A stretch of DNA of 64,000 nt from Harriotta raleighana. Its lineage: Eukaryota. The notes below the pieces were generated by a model, which saw nothing but the letters and a program-made list of their open reading frames with translations, did no database searches and had not been told where the DNA came from. The translations under genes and the position numbers were made by a program. Within the stretch, counting starts at the first letter, position 1. Each line of letters starts with the position of its first letter. Below are positions 11,930-26,029 of this stretch, in pieces. Location of the stretch: NCBI GenBank assembly GCA_050575255.1, contig JBNZDD010013718.1, forward strand, positions 6,441,058 through 6,505,057, read 5' to 3'.

Positions 11930-12350
11930 CAGTTCTTCTTTTGGCAAGAGGTGTCAGAATTTCCAGGACCATCAGGCACAAACAAACTAGATTTCAATAA
12001 TGCTTTGATGCATGTTACCTCATTTTGAAACCTAGTTATAGCCAAGTGACATATGAAAACGAATTGCTCTAAGCGTATAGAAGATGTGTTAAGGTGCTAT
12101 ATCAATTGCAAGTATTATGATGATTTACTCCATAATTGCTGTCTACTCCATGAATCAGCCTTGCTCATGGACAATCTCTTCATTCTGTGCTTCTGTTACA
12201 AATCCTATTCATTCCTTTATGTCAACATCAGGCACAAAACAAAGAAGCTTTCACAATCAGCCTTGGAGGGGAAAAAAAACATTCCACTGATGGTCAACCT
12301 TCAAGGTCATTCTTTCAAGAGTGTACCGCCCTCCTGTGCACTGTAATATA
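11930..12350 (+). mobile_element. PLE relic, subfamily 1 (thumb/linker), with a SINE tail at ~12060-12125
   Basis: KLDFNNA (~YLDYTSS), LHESALLMDNLF (~FHSRTSxMSSFF), SQSALE..IPLMV (~SRTSALE..VPLVL). Confidence 0.5.
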
Positions 12351-13959
12351 GAATCCCTGACATTATCAGTTGTTTGCGAGAAACCTACCACTTGATCATT
12401 TTCACCATCCAATACTGCAATCAAAATAAAGTACCCAATAAATCAGCGAGGTTGTGCCCTCATTTTAGAAAACAAATTTGTTGTGACTGCTCGTAAAGAC
12501 ATCAAACATTTGTATTGGAACTTATTCAAAAAGCGGTACAGTTACTTAAGCTGCATTGATTTTCTTCTGCGTAGAATACCTCTGTTGATACATTTATCTT
12601 CCACCCAACTAGTCCATTTTCCTCAACCTGAAGCAAAACCAGTGTTGGCAAATTGCAGCCCTCCAGAAGGCAAGCTTCCCCCAACTCGCAACTAATGACC
12701 ATTTCCCCACTCCGCGTTTCTCAGCCCTCCCAGCACCAGATAATTAAAACGTTAAATATTTGACCTCTGTTTAATTGTTTCAGACCTTCAACGGTGTAAC
12801 TTCTGAGGCTGAATGTCACAGAGAGATCAATTTGTTACTGGTCCCAATGTAACAGAGATACTGCACAGTACCTGTAGTCAGATGACAGGACATCAGTCAT
12901 GACTTAGGAGGGGAGGAAAAGTCTACTCTACACTTGAGGCATGTCCTTGAAGAACTCGGCTGCTTTTAATGCCAGGGAAACATTTGCTAAATCAAATATT
13001 TTAATCTTTAATTTCTCTCATCATACTGGTAGGTTTCCAAACGAAGAGATTTGTTTAATAGGTTGCAACCATAAAGTGAGGTGATGAATGGCTTAACAAG
13101 CAAGAAATTACATAACAGCAGGTAAACCTAAATACTAATTACTCCATCGGCATATGCATCCTTTAATAAAAAAATGCTTCTTTTTTTCTCTTGCGCAAAT
13201 AAAATTTAACAGATTCCTTCCTCTAAAGATCTTACTTTCCTTTGTCTAGTCATGTCACCATTTTAATAATTAAAAGCATTCCTTTCAGACGCAGCACAGG
13301 GCAGTTCTTGGCAGAGGGGATGGATGCTGCAAGAATGGGTTGGCAAGCAGAAGCAGCCCCTAGTGCTTTGAATTGCCTCTTTACTTTGCGATACTGTGTT
13401 CAGCTGCCAGTGCAAACACACACTTAGTCAAAGGTAACAAGTCCAGTGGAAGCAAGCACTATCCCAGTCAAGTTACTTAGGCTACAATGTTTTTAAATAA
13501 ATTAACAGTTTGCATTATACAACATATACTTTTTCAATGGTTGATTTTACTTTTAAAATAATAAAACAGGTTTTCTTTTAAATTGTAATTTCCTTTGTCT
13601 TTTTTCCAAAAAATCGACATATCAAAACAAATTGTGGATTATATTGACAGAGGTTATTTCATTCTGATTTCTATTGTGATACCAGGAACCTCGGAGACTA
13701 ACTGCGAGCTGACAATATAATTGAGCCATAGCACCAGAAATTTACAGCACAGAAGATTTGTGCATCTATGAAAAAGATGTTTGATTCCAATTAGGTTGCG
13801 GCATATACGTGGAAAGGAAATAGCTAGTGGTGCATGGTTTCAGAGATGCAGTACTTTATTAAACCGCAGGTACATCTGGTTGGTTAGGTATTCTGTTTAT
13901 TATTTGGATGGTTTGTTCCATGAGCATTCACTTTATAATACTGTTATTTATTAAAGGGT

Positions 13960-14080
13960 CTAAGAGCAAGAGGAAAATGCAACAAATTGGTATAAGGACA
14001 CAATGCTCCAGTGTAGAAAGTAGCAACAGCAAGGACTGAAAGGACTGAATGGCTTCCTATTGTGCTGTAATTGCTATAAC
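13960..14080 (+). mobile_element. CR1 3' UTR remnant
   Basis: GGACTGAATGGCTTCCTATTGTGCTGTAA matches the CR1 terminal motif of the copy at 51960-51990. Confidence 0.55.
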
Positions 14081-14089
14081 AGTCCTGAA

Positions 14090-14430
14090 ATTACAGGGGA
14101 GATCATGGAAGATTAAATTCATTGTAAAATATATACCCGGCTTGGAAGTGATTTTATTTTCAAAGCAACCTCTCGGGTGTCGAACACCTGGACACAAACC
14201 AATGTCCACGGAGAGTAGGCCCGAAAACTTCAGGAATCTGTTAAAACTTTGTTGCAGTCAACAATTTATACAAGGAAGAAATCTGGCTTCAGATCAGGGC
14301 CAAGGGGGTTATGAACATTTCAAAACCTACATTCAGTAAATAATTACAAGCCACGGTTCTGTTCGCAGTCATTACACTGCTAGGATTTGTTGGTTGCTGC
14401 CAGCTCTAATATGGAACAGTGCCAAGTCTT
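14090..14430 (+). mobile_element. PLE relic, subfamily 2 (linker)
   Basis: KIKFIVKYIPGLE (~RVPFVVQYFPGAE), SRPENFRNLL (~KQPPNLKQTI), HFKTY (~LCKTC). Confidence 0.55.
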
Positions 14431-15369
14431 CTGATCAATCGTTTCAAGGTTTTATTGGAGGTTTTAAAATACTGTACTGCTAGATGTTTAATTCATTCAC
14501 TCTTACAATATCGAGTCGTTGAATAATGTTGGCTAAATGTCAAAACTACAGTATGTATCCGATAAAAGCTCTAACAGTATCCCTTGGGAAAGGATGGAGA
14601 AAATAGGAATTTACAATGCAACAGAAGGGATTGATCGACACAGAACACAACAGACGCACACATACATACACAATCTTTATCGAAAAACCAAACGAACCCA
14701 AAACACTATCCATTCACTTACCAGACAGATAGTATCCAGTCAAGCATGAACATCACTGTTATTTGTTTGCAATATTTGTTAGCTGGGGGGTTGGGTGGCA
14801 CGGAAGCAAGATGGAAGAGTCAGGATCCTGACCGGAACAGTTGAGGGGCAGGTTAGAAGAAATCGTTTAGAGCATTGGATTATTAAAGCATAAAATGCTT
14901 TGCCGCAAGTGGCCATTGAAGCAAAGACCACGACAACATTTAAAAGCGAACTGGAAAAGAACGTCTGAGGGTGAGGAGCAGAGAATCAGAATTACATGGA
15001 CGATAACAACAACTTGCATTTCTGTAGCACCTTTCACATGGAATAACGTTTCAGAGTGTTTAAATTGTTACAGTAAGGACACAGGCCATTTGTGCCAACT
15101 ACTGCATGCCAGTGTTCTCTCCCCTCACGTTCCTTATTTTGCACATTAGTAAAAGAGCATTTGCATGGGGCCTTTCTCCATCCTTCTTGCCCCCATGATG
15201 CAGGTGTGGAACCATTCCATGGCCATTCCATCCTCCCAGCACTCTGAGACATGATCTTGCAACTTATGAAGGTTGCTTCCAAAAAAAGGGTAGTTCGCTA
15301 CATTGTCGGAATCCTCTTTTGCTCTATTTTATCTGATTTATATCTGATATATTTATATATCTAACAGAA

Positions 15370-15560
15370 AGGAAATGTTCCCAGTGTAATGTTTGAACCC
15401 AATAAAGAAGGATTCTTCTGCAGGTAATCACACTTCTGATGTTTTCCGTCCCTGACCAAATGGTCTGAATGATCACCCAAGATGTTGTCACCATCATCAT
15501 AACTTGACAGACAGACAGGACAGCACAAACTAACGGCAAGAAAAAAACTAGCAAAGAGGC
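15370..15560 (-). mobile_element. Possible PLE linker relic
   Basis: PLVC...SWVIIQT...RR, then GTFPFC in another frame (~PLVL...HWxILQ...FRR...GTFPC). Confidence 0.35.
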
Positions 15561-16794
15561 TGAGCGACGGTGCTGTCCTGTAGCATATTATCTACTCTAC
15601 TGAAGATAAGGCTCTCAATCTTTATTAATTCTAGTCTAATTGAACATTCAGATGCCTGGAGCAGCTGATACAGAAGTTTGCAAACACTCGTGGGGCAATG
15701 CTATTCAACCCGTATGACACTTAGGCTTAAGACAATTGCATATGAACAGATTATTTAACCACACAACTAAAATATACTTGTGTATTTGTTAGTCTTCATC
15801 AATATTCAATCCTTGACTTGCTCAGATTGAATTGAACACAATACACTGCCCCTTTACCCTTTCAACGTTGTGATACAAATAACCCTAGTATCAAAATTAG
15901 AAATTAGTTTGTTAATTTTTTTAATTTTAAACCTTGAACGTGTTGCATTTGTCACTATGTTTCGGAGATGATGAAATGCAACACTTCCACATCTGGCCTT
16001 AGTTACCGCAGCGCATTGAAGAGTTCATAAAATACATTTTAAGTTTCGAATAATAGGGTGAAGACTTAAAGCTATGAGTACAGTAGGGCCTCAGACTATC
16101 CCTTTAACAACTCTGATCTCCGTATGCCCTGTAAAACAATAGTATTTAACGGCACTGCTTATTTCTGGGATTGATTAATCTTTTGAATAATAAAGGCATC
16201 GAAATGACATTTTAATGTCTTTTCCGGAGGACACAAGATCCTTCGATTCAGATCATTCTATTTTTTCTCCTGTGTTGCTCACTGCATTGATCTTGCTACC
16301 TGCTGAGAGGGCAAATAGGTAGGCATCCCTGATTCCTAGTCTCTGCCAGTATCATTCTTCAGTGAGTTGCTAAGATAAATGTGACAGCGTACTGGAGATT
16401 GGCCTCCCACCAATTTCCCCTCATCCACCCCCTGCCCGCCCTCAGGATGCTGTTGTGCTCACAGTAGTGCAGTTCAGAGTGGGAACTCAATTCTAAAGGA
16501 TTACTTCTTAATGTTTAAAGCTGGCAATGTGGGTTCACAAACAGCTGCTGTTAGGGACTTAAGGCGCTAGAAAAAATGTAAGGACTGTTATTATTATAAG
16601 GTTTTATTGTCAAACCATCAACTCTTCACTTATAGGCATGGGGATGAAAATGGGACAATTAATGGATTCAGCAAAGACTTCAGTAATTATCAAACCCTTT
16701 AAGAAATGTGGCACTATTCACCACCAAGTTCAGTGGGCACTCTTTTGTCTGCACACAACTGAGTTGCCATGTATTCCAACCCCCCTTGTTTACT

Positions 16795-16945
16795 TAGTAA
16801 TAATAAGTAGTAATAACAATAATAATCCTTGCATTTGATAGAGCACCTTATCACATTGTTGAGATGTCTCAAAGCATTTCACAAAATATACTGTAAAATG
16901 GAGTGTATATTTTGTGGGCAAAACGGGGCAGCCAATTGTGCACGT
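16795..16945 (-). mobile_element. SINE 3' fragment
   Basis: AATAATCCTTGCATTTGATAGAGCACC...GCAGCCAATTGTGCAC. Confidence 0.9.
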
Positions 16946-17369
16946 CAACATTTTATAAAAATATTTTTTATTATGATTTAGATTTTTTAATATTCTTCTC
17001 TTCAAGTGGGTTTTTAGTAAGGAAGCCCAACTATGCTTTGTGCCTGTCACTTAGAAAATGCTGACAAGATATAAAATGATTCCTAGTAATACATCTGCGA
17101 CCTCAACAAACTTACCCCAGGATTTCACGACTCTGGTCCAGAGATTCAATCATGCAAGATTAAAACTCTGGCTACAGAATGTAGAGCGTCCCTGCTGACC
17201 AAATAAAATCCTCATTTATTTAAAAGGCAGTACCAGCTGGAAGAGATCTGCTTCTCACTGTCTATCGGATGCTGGATGGATCCTTAGTACTGAGCACGCG
17301 TTGTGCAAGACTTTCTGGACGTAAGATGCAACAAAAGAAAATGTATTATCTTTAAAACAAACTTTGGCA

Positions 17370-17470
17370 ATAATAAGAATAAACCTTGCATTTGATATAG
17401 CGCCTTATCACATCTTCGAGATGTCTCAGAGGTCTTCACAGAATATATTGTGGAGTGAATTGACTGTGGT
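17370..17470 (-). mobile_element. SINE 3' fragment
   Basis: CCTTGCATTTGATATAGCGCCTTATCACATC...GTGAATTGACTG. Confidence 0.9.
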
Positions 17471-18479
17471 AACTGAGTTAAACTCAAAATTGCACTGACT
17501 TAAAAAATAAAGGTTTTTTTATTTGTTGGCAATTTTCTAACTCCACTCCTCATTTCCCAATTGAAAAAACCACGTAAATCTCTGCTGTGCAGTCGCCACA
17601 CAGACTGTGGTGCCAATCTGATCCGATTCTTAACTCGACGCACTCGAGTGGAAAAACTCTTGGCTACTGCAGCACTTCATTCTGATTTTACTGCTTCACT
17701 CTTACGATTCGTGGCCAGAATTGCAACCGAGCCAGACTCAGCTTTGCAGATGTGGCTTCATATAGAGACAACCCAGTTTGATTTTATTTTGCATTTTCTT
17801 AACCGAGTAATATGATCCTCTGTAGGGAAACACATTCGGTTTCTGTTTATAAGCATGTGATGTCTGGCTGGCTCTGTTGTTCGAGTAGGAATTTGACGAA
17901 TCCCACACTTTCATGTGAATTGATCAAGACTTCAACAACAAACACAGCCAGTCAGCTTCCCACTCTCTCATCGCCAGACTTCAAATCACTCTTACAAGTA
18001 GATGAATGACCAGTCCTTAAAGGACACATCCAGACCCTCAGTTAACAACATGTCAGTGTACGTATTCTCAATGCCACCTAATTGCACTGGCATTGTTGCT
18101 GCAGAAATGGAACCGGGGCTTTAATTATATATGACACAAGTCATGGCGTCCACACCATCGATCGTGCCTCTGAAGACATGTGTTAAAAACATACGCCTCC
18201 GTACAAAAGCGACACTGTTATCAAATCTTGATACCAGATCTTGTATTTGATGTGGACGAACCTTCCCACTGGCCAAGTCAAAAGATTTCAGAACAAGGTG
18301 GTGTAATTTAAGATGCTCGCAAAAACTCCCCAGAAGACTACAATGTCTCTTCAATCAGAATACTTGAATAAAGGGACCACTTAGCTAAGCAATGGGAGGA
18401 CTCTAATTAAGAAGCTTCCTTCGTAATTTCTCTCATTAAAATTAACAATTAATGGACTTAATTTGGTTATTAACATGTA

Positions 18480-18630
18480 CATTACAACTTGCATTTATAT
18501 AGCGCTGTTCACATAAAGAACCAACCGTCTCCACACACTTTACAAAATAAGGTTAATTGGAAATTAAGTGAATGTTATGTAGGCAAACGTGGTAGCTAAC
18601 TTGTGCCAGGCAATGCCCTACAAACAGCAA
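18480..18630 (-). mobile_element. Old SINE 3' fragment
   Basis: ACAACTTGCATTTATATAGCGC...GCCCTACAAACAGC. Confidence 0.65.
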
Positions 18631-19324
18631 ACTGTGTTAGGATATACCTCAATAAAGAGCAAATTCCTATTTTTATTTTGCTTTAAAAAATATTTCAGTG
18701 TAAAAACTTTGGAATGATTGCAATTTTAACCAAGAGTGGAAGTCACAACAAGTGTATTGTGTTTGAAAGTCTGAGCACCTCATCACTAAGCCCAAAATCT
18801 ATCATCAAGCTGCCACTCCCTGGGCTTAATGAAAAGAGAAAGAGAAAAAAAACACAGTGAATTCAGAGAGCTTGTTTCCCCAGCATTGCATTCTACGGAT
18901 TCACAGCTGAGTTCACCCAGCTGGCTCCTTGACAATTTTTTTTGAAAAAACAAGCCAATTTTAGCTGGTCGTTAGCAGTCCGAGCACAGCTTCCCAGATA
19001 AATGACTGTCTGCCTCAGGTATGGCAGCATATCTTCCTGAAACATTCCTGGGAGACTCGGCAGCATTACAGCAGACCTTAGCCATCACGAGCAGTACCAG
19101 CAGTCCTTCGATCAGACGCCTCTAACTTCAGCAAAAGGTGACCTTCAGCAAACTTTTCATTTCGCTCCTTTCCATCAATTTTATTCCCCCCCACCCCCAC
19201 CAACTCTTTCCAAAACTGCCCGTCCCTGAATCATTCATTATCTTACGAGCTGACAGGGTGAGCGTAAATGTGTAAAGAGAACACTACGCTGGTCAAATGC
19301 AGCGATTTCTTCAGACAGACAGAC

Positions 19325-19588
19325 AGATGATAGATAAATACTCCTTGCATTTGATATAGCGCTTTTTTCACATCTTATAGACGTCTCAAATCGCTTCACA
19401 GAATGTACTGTAAAGTGAATTGACGGTGTATTTGTGGGTGAAACGCGGCAGCCAATTGTGCACATCAGTGTCCCACAAACAATCGTGGATTGAAGTGACC
19501 AAGGTTTCACCCTGACCTGCCTCTGTTCGAACACGGGTATCGCGCTTGTAAGGGTGAGTGCTCCAACCACTGAGCTATAGGACTCCAC
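19325..19588 (-). mobile_element. tRNA-derived SINE with head, internally deleted
   Basis: Tail and body joined directly to the reverse head TTCGAAC...CCACTGAGCTATAGGACTCC. Confidence 0.92.
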
Positions 19589-19637
19589 AAGACGTTTGTG
19601 CAAAGTCAAATCTCTATCCAGCGGATCACAAAGAGAA

Positions 19638-19997
19638 AATAATAATAATAATAATACTTGCATTTGATATAGCACCTTGTCACATCTTTGGGACATCTCA
19701 AAGTGCTTCAAGAATATACTGTAAAATTAATTTACTGTATATTTTGTCAGCAAACTCAGCAGCAGTGACCCACAAACAGTTGTGCTTAGAGTGACCAATT
19801 TCTTCTAATTTTTTTTGGAAGGAATTATTACCCCGGGAAAAGTGATCCGCCAATCAACTAGCAACTAGTTTCCAACTTACTTCTAGATAAACAGAAGTGT
19901 GTGGTGTAAGAAAACTTGACCGACAATTTGCCCTGCCGGGAATGAAACCCAGGACTCTCGCTTGTGAGGCTAGTACTTTAATCACTGAGCTACAGTG
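19638..19997 (-). mobile_element. tRNA-derived SINE, full-length (long variant)
   Basis: (ATA)n tail, body, extra CCGCCAATCAACTAGCAAC segment and head GAAACCCAGG...CACTGAGCTACAG. Confidence 0.9.
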
Positions 19998-20279
19998 CCT
20001 GTACCACTGACTGCAAATGACCTCAACTGCACTCACCACAGTCTGATTAAACTCCTCCAGCTGTTACACTGAAAGAGCTACATTATCACTTGCTCTCTTG
20101 TCCACTGAATATTCCCCACTAACTCCATCATTCTCTCAGTGCAACTTAACAAGCGTTTGTTTTTAGGAAATATATTCATATTGGTTTTTAAAAATCCATA
20201 AAAGTTTGGGATTTGTTACGTTAAACTCTTCAAGGCCATCGTATTATTCTGCAAAGTCATAGTTCCCAGCAGACGCAAC

Positions 20280-21050
20280 ACTGTATGCCTGCGAAGAAAG
20301 TGAGTCTGGCCGAGTGCCCTGAGCTAAGAATCACACCTGTCAGAGGAAGAAAAAGCGAGAAGGCAGGAGAAGGAATGGAGCCCTTTGGGAAACAGGCAAA
20401 CAGTCAAGGGCTAGCAGTGCTTCTGTCGGCTATTGATTAACAGTCGTTTATTCACACCAGAATCTTTCTTTATTAAAGTACAAATTAGCTGTCCAACTGA
20501 AACCAAGCCGAAGCTTCACCGGGATGAAAAAACCTTAACCCAAAATACAGCCGCCAAGCAAATTCGGAGATTGCTCTAATGAAAGACAGCTTGGTTGATC
20601 TGCTCAGTGACAGTGCCCCTTTTTGATATACAAAAATAATGTAAAACAGACTGGGTGAACAGCACGAGAGAAGCTGGGAGAAGCAGAGAGCCGCGAACAG
20701 ACACAAAGAGAAATCTCCGAGTTGACATCTACATTGTGTATTCAAAACATTTTTGTGGGAAAGCAAAAGATAATGAAAAATGGGCCTTGGTGCAATAGAG
20801 CTGGAGTCTTAAACAAATAAATTGCCTAGGGCTTAGTCCAATCAAAGATCAAAAGTATGTCATGTAAGACAGATGCAAATTCGTTCATGTTTCAAATAAT
20901 CAGCCAATTCCGATTGTTGACTGAACATTTGATCTGACTTTTCAAAGGTTCAGTAAGATGCAACTTTATATAAATAAAGCAAACCTCAGTAACAAGCGCA
21001 AATATCCCACTGTAGTTTAAAGTTCATTTTCGAGCCTGAAACAGCATCAG
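20280..21050. promoter_or_regulatory. Candidate conserved non-coding element or enhancer
   Basis: Repeat-free, retains CpG, and carries TGATTAA, TTTATT, TAAT, TGACAG and TAAACA-type motifs. Conservation cannot be tested here. Confidence 0.25.
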
Positions 21051-21128
21051 CAACAGTCATTCGCAACAGTGCAGCTTTCTCTGGCAAATTGTGATCTCTT
21101 AGTTTTCAAAGTTTTCAAGAATGCACAG

Positions 21129-21279
21129 ATAATAAAATAATAATCCTTGAATTTGATATAGTGCTTTTCACAATTTCTAGACGTGTCAAAGAGCTTCACA
21201 GAAAATACTGTAAAGTGAATTGACTGTATATTTGTGAGCGAAACGCAGCCAATTGCGCACAGCAGTGTCCCACAAACAG
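21129..21279 (-). mobile_element. SINE 3' fragment
   Basis: AATAATCCTTGAATTTGATATAG...GCGCACAGCAGTGTCCCACAAACAG. Confidence 0.92.
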
Positions 21280-22489
21280 ATGCCTTCCTCAAGACACTGA
21301 AACGCCGCACCTTTACAGGAATAAGGGAATGTAATCTGTACATTTGAAGGTTTCCGTTGGTTAAAACACACACATCCATTTGTGCTGTCTGTCCCTATTT
21401 CACTCTCCACTCCTGACGTTATAATTGTAAATTCAGCTATCAGAATAAAATGCAGCCCATTCACGAGCAATCCCCAAAGGATGATAAGTGGTGTATGGTG
21501 AGTTGCAAGGCAGTGACTCAATTAAGCGGTTCAGAGGACACCATAAACTGCAAAAACAAAGCTACAGTACTTTATGATTGTCAGCAGTACCCAGATTGAA
21601 TTACTACCTATAGCTCACTGCCAGCTAGCTGTCATTCTTTATACTACACTATATGCCATTTATTTTAGAAACACTTTTTTTGATAGGCAGCTCAGCACAG
21701 TACAGGTGCAGACTGAAACACAACAAAAAAAATGATATTTTTACAGATCGGTGTACGATAAATCCTTGGGTGTTGCATGCGAGATAACACTTGTGTGCTG
21801 TCTGCAGGATAATTCACTGGCCAGGGCATTACGTACAGTCCGGTACATTATTTACTGGATAATGCATAGTGTTCAGTGGGTTACGTACACGGTAACTGAA
21901 CACAGAGTGTGGGGTTTACAGGGTACTGCACAGTGTGTAGTGAGTTATGTACAGTAGGATTTGCAGCGTGCTAAACGATGAAAATCAGTATTGTGTTACT
22001 ATGGGCTGGGATGGTTTTAAACAATGAGAATAAAGTTTGAGAGGGTTTATCAGCACACGATATAACGGGTAGAGTTCATGGCCAAGGTGGAGGGCATGGG
22101 GCGAGGGGGTGGTAATCAATTATTTAAGCTGCAAGTGTCTTTAAGTTAAGGCTGAACTGATGTGCTTTGAAATTGATTGATTTTATTTCATTGCATTTTG
22201 CAGGGAGAAACAGCAAGTCGCAGGTACCTGGAAATAATTTCAAAGCAATAATGCTATCAAGGGCTGAAATGAAAAACCAAAGCTTTCTAAACCCTGAGAT
22301 GCAATGCGCACGCCGGAATAACCCCTACACTTCATGTATAATGTACATCAAGTCTGGAGTTCATCTGAAGCAATTTTATTGCATTTGATAGTATATTTTT
22401 TGTCAGAATGTGGTTAGTGCACGGGACATTCACACACAAGGCTCAATGATTGTGACATGATCAGAACAATTTTATTATGCGATAATATA

Positions 22490-22770
22490 CAATAACAACA
22501 ACAAATTTACATTTATACAGCACCTTTTACATCGGGTGGATGTTCCAAGGCACTGTATAATCTACAGTGGGCAAATCACGCAAGTATATTCAGGGCAGTG
22601 TTCATAACACAGTCGCCTGGGTTCAATTTTGCAGCAGCCACATTGTGAGTAAAAACAAAAAGTGATAATAATAATAATAATGCTTGCATTTGACATAGCG
22701 CCTTATCCCGTCATCGAGACGTCTCAAAGCTCATGACAGACTAAAATGCAGAATGAATCGACTATATTTT
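22490..22770 (-). mobile_element. L2 tail (22490-22560) and SINE tail (22665-22770)
   Basis: (ACA)n TTTACATTTATACAGCACC and (ATA)n GCTTGCATTTGACATAGCGCC. Confidence 0.8.
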
Positions 22771-23189
22771 TATAGTCTTCCTGCACATAACATGCGGGAA
22801 GTGACATCAGTGATAAAGTCAATCAAGTCAGCAGTAACCTGATGACCCAGATGTAGGTCATTTTATAGCACAGGAAGCCAACTAGTCAGCGTGGAATTTT
22901 GGTGTTCGATTTGCGTAGAAGATCAGTGGTTATCGATGAAGGCACACTAAGCTGGCGACTGGGGAAAATAATATTGGGGCAGCACTGTATTATATCAATC
23001 AGAATGCTATCAAACAGATAGTCCATGCATTAGTGACAACAATATATAATATTGTATAGAGACTGAGTAATATATTAAAGAATTTTAAAAAAAAGTATTT
23101 CAAAAATATCCAGCAGCTTAAAGCTAACAGGTGAATTATTTAACCAGTAATAAAATGTTAAAGGGTGGAAATTAATATCATTAGAATTG

Positions 23190-23700
23190 TGAAGTTTATT
23201 TTAAAACTAAGTTTCCCATTCATTAATCCATTGCATGTCTCGATTCATCTTGATGTTATAAGATGCACTTTAAGGCTTCAGAGCAAACACAGAACTGTTT
23301 TCATGCACGACAATTGGGTTGTTAGAGCTGAGTTGATCACGCAAGTTATTTGCTTATTTATTCATTTTGAACAAGTTACGGAAAACATAAGTAATTTTAC
23401 TTTTGTTTTCAGTGAAGCAGTATTGGAGTGGATCGACTCTTGTTCTTCCTGTCTGCAGCTAAGGAGTGCGTGCACAAGCAATGTGCGTTAAAACTGTTAA
23501 AACATTATCCGTTCACCTCTAAGATCTCAGTCAAACTCCAGCCCACAAACATAGGACAAAGCTCTCCCCATCTTTCATGCAGCAGATCTGAATTGCATTT
23601 CGACAGCCCCAATGTAGTTCCCAGTGGACAACAGCCCACGGCACAAACTGCCCTGAATTCAGTGCTAATTCGGAAATCCTACTGTGACAGAATACAAGGA
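23190..23700 (+). mobile_element. Possible PLE relic (RT C-terminus/linker)
   Basis: SFPFINPLHVSIHLDVIRCTL..VFMH (~SLPFLDLSVSISGDRLSTDI..LH), later LLKHYPFTSKI. Confidence 0.4.
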
Positions 23701-25039
23701 CGGAGAATGAGAAGAACAGAGATGTTACACTGGGACAGTTGGAGCATTTGGTATTAACTGGCCTTGAATTTCTTCAGTAAGGCCAATGGCAGGAAGGTCC
23801 TTTACTGTATGTGAATTGCCCTGATCGGACCCGAGAGTGCTTGAGGCAATGTGGATGGAAAAACAAGACAGGAAAAAAAGACAGGCCTCCCATTGTAAAG
23901 TCATTTGTCACTTGCTACAGCAAATACATACATACAAGAACAAGGCTCCATATCCCTGCCAACCACTCAATCCACATCCCACAGAACATGTGCTGTGTGT
24001 GTGGGGGGTGGTGGGAGGGCTACCCTCTGCACTAGCCAATGTATTGGCTTTTCCAGTTTGTAATGTGAATGAAGCAAATATGAATTAATGCCCTGATTTA
24101 CTTGCATTGTTCAATAATCCCATTTGTTTCCCGGCACAGTAACACTATATTTCATCCTGCAGTGGCCCCAGTTTCTAATCTGCCAAAACCTAGGGCGCGT
24201 GTTTTCCCGAAGTAGAATAGTTACCACCATTTATACTTGTAATGCAATTTCTTCCCAAAACGAATGGTAACTGTAACAAATAGCAAAATGTTACTCATCC
24301 CCCTCCAATACCAGTTCTTATAACAGGTTTATGGTGTAGTCAATTTAAAGTCAATCCGAACAAATGTCACTTCAACGGGCAATGATCAATGTTTAAAATA
24401 GATGGGTTTGTCAGGACATTTTTAACTGGTTATAAATCTGCTATACTTGTAATATAGCCATGCATTGCTTATTACTTTTTGACTACGTGTACAGTAGTTA
24501 GAACGCTCTGTCATCTCAGGTTTCAATATATTCTTTCGAAATTTTCCTCCACTAGCTACTGCTAGAGGAAAACAAAGTGTTTCCAAACTGCAAAATGTGT
24601 TTATAGAGATTTACATTTTTTTAAATGTAATTTTATTTTTTTAACTACACAAGAAAATGTGAGAACACAATTTCGTGAACACGCCAGTAGACACTGCCAA
24701 CCCGTGGCTTGTTTCCATTGCGTTATCTAGTACATGTGACATTTCTTCCTGCAGACGTTTAACACAGTGCTAAGTACATCTATTAGCATTCCAATATCTG
24801 GGAGGCAGTAATAAACCTGGGTATTTAAAAATGCTCAGTTATTTTCTCAAATGACTATGTTAAGTGTTTGTATAAATCCTAAGATGGTGTTAGTTACTTG
24901 GGGCACCTCAAGCAGTTTTCCAGTCACTGGACTGGTTTGGGCTGGATACAGGATGCACTGCATTTTAATGTGCGCTCGGACTTCATGATATAATGAGCTG
25001 AGCTTTGGCATTAAATAGAGTAAAAATCTGCCCATGTCT

Positions 25040-25270
25040 AGGCTGACACTTTAGTGCGGGGCTGGAGGAATAATGCATTGTTGCAGGTACTGCCCTTCAG
25101 ATGAGATGTTCGGGTGCATATTAAAGTACCCATGGCACTATGGATGAAAGAGGGCATTTCACCATATGCCCTGGCCAACAATCATCCAGATAAAATTGGT
25201 TGCTTATTTAATGGTTATTTGTGAGATATATTCCGATGTGAAAGGATAATACAAGGATTATTTTTTATTA
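25040..25270 (+). mobile_element. DeuSINE fragment
   Basis: TAGGCTGACACT..CTTCAGATGAGATGTT..CCCATGGCACTA..CCTGGCCAA. Confidence 0.7.
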
Positions 25271-25654
25271 TCTCTGTTAGCACTCCTTCTCCCCATGTGG
25301 CTCTCTCTCAACACCCCAACCCCCCACCCCACCCCCACCCCACATACACACACGCAACCAAAACAAAGTTATTGGGCCCACTGTTTCTTTGCTTGGCTCT
25401 CTGAATACACAAATCCACTCTCATATACTTTCCTTGTTTCATTCTATATATTTTTTCAACTATGGCTAATTTTTTTTTAAAAGCTTCGATGAATTCCACT
25501 TTGAACATTATTTTTGCCTTGGCATTCCATATTTATATATCATGCACGCACACTTACACAAGAAATCTCTTACGAGCATTGTATAAATATTTTATTTAAT
25601 ATATAGTATTTAAACAATATCATCAACTATGTAACCATCACTTAAGCATTGACT

Positions 25655-25828
25655 AGACTCAATCCAAGACTGTCTGTGGGACACTGTTGTGCGCAATTGC
25701 CTGCTGCGTTTTGTCGACAAAATGTACAGTCACTACACTTTATAGTATATTTCGTGAAGCGCTTTGAGATGCCTCTAAGCTTTGATAAGACGCTATATGA
25801 AATGCAAGGATTATTATTAGTATTATTA
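25655..25828 (+). mobile_element. SINE 3' half
   Basis: CTGTCTGTGGGACACTG...GCTATATGAAATGCAAGGATTATTATT. Confidence 0.92.
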
Positions 25829-26029
25829 ACACTCACATGCCAGGATCTAGAGAACTCCAGCCCCCACTAGCTCTGTCACTGCCACCACTGCCCATGATAG
25901 TGTATTAACAAAAAGGAAACTCGGCGGAGAGGGGGGAGGGGGGGGGGGCTTAAAAATTTTTTTTTTTTTTTAAATTTAGCTACTGGATGAAATAGCAATA
26001 AACGTGAAGCTCAAACAAGCCTCACGAAA

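Noticed and set aside
12483-13100. Additional PLE relics (RRIPLLI, TGPN; similar hints near 17.8, 49.6 and 59.5 kb)
   Set aside because: Only one or two short motif hits each. The overfitting risk is too high without an HMM.
16290-16460. LF-SINE-like remnants (also 25850-25900 and 62760-62900)
   Set aside because: Similarity is limited to short words and cannot be supported by eye.
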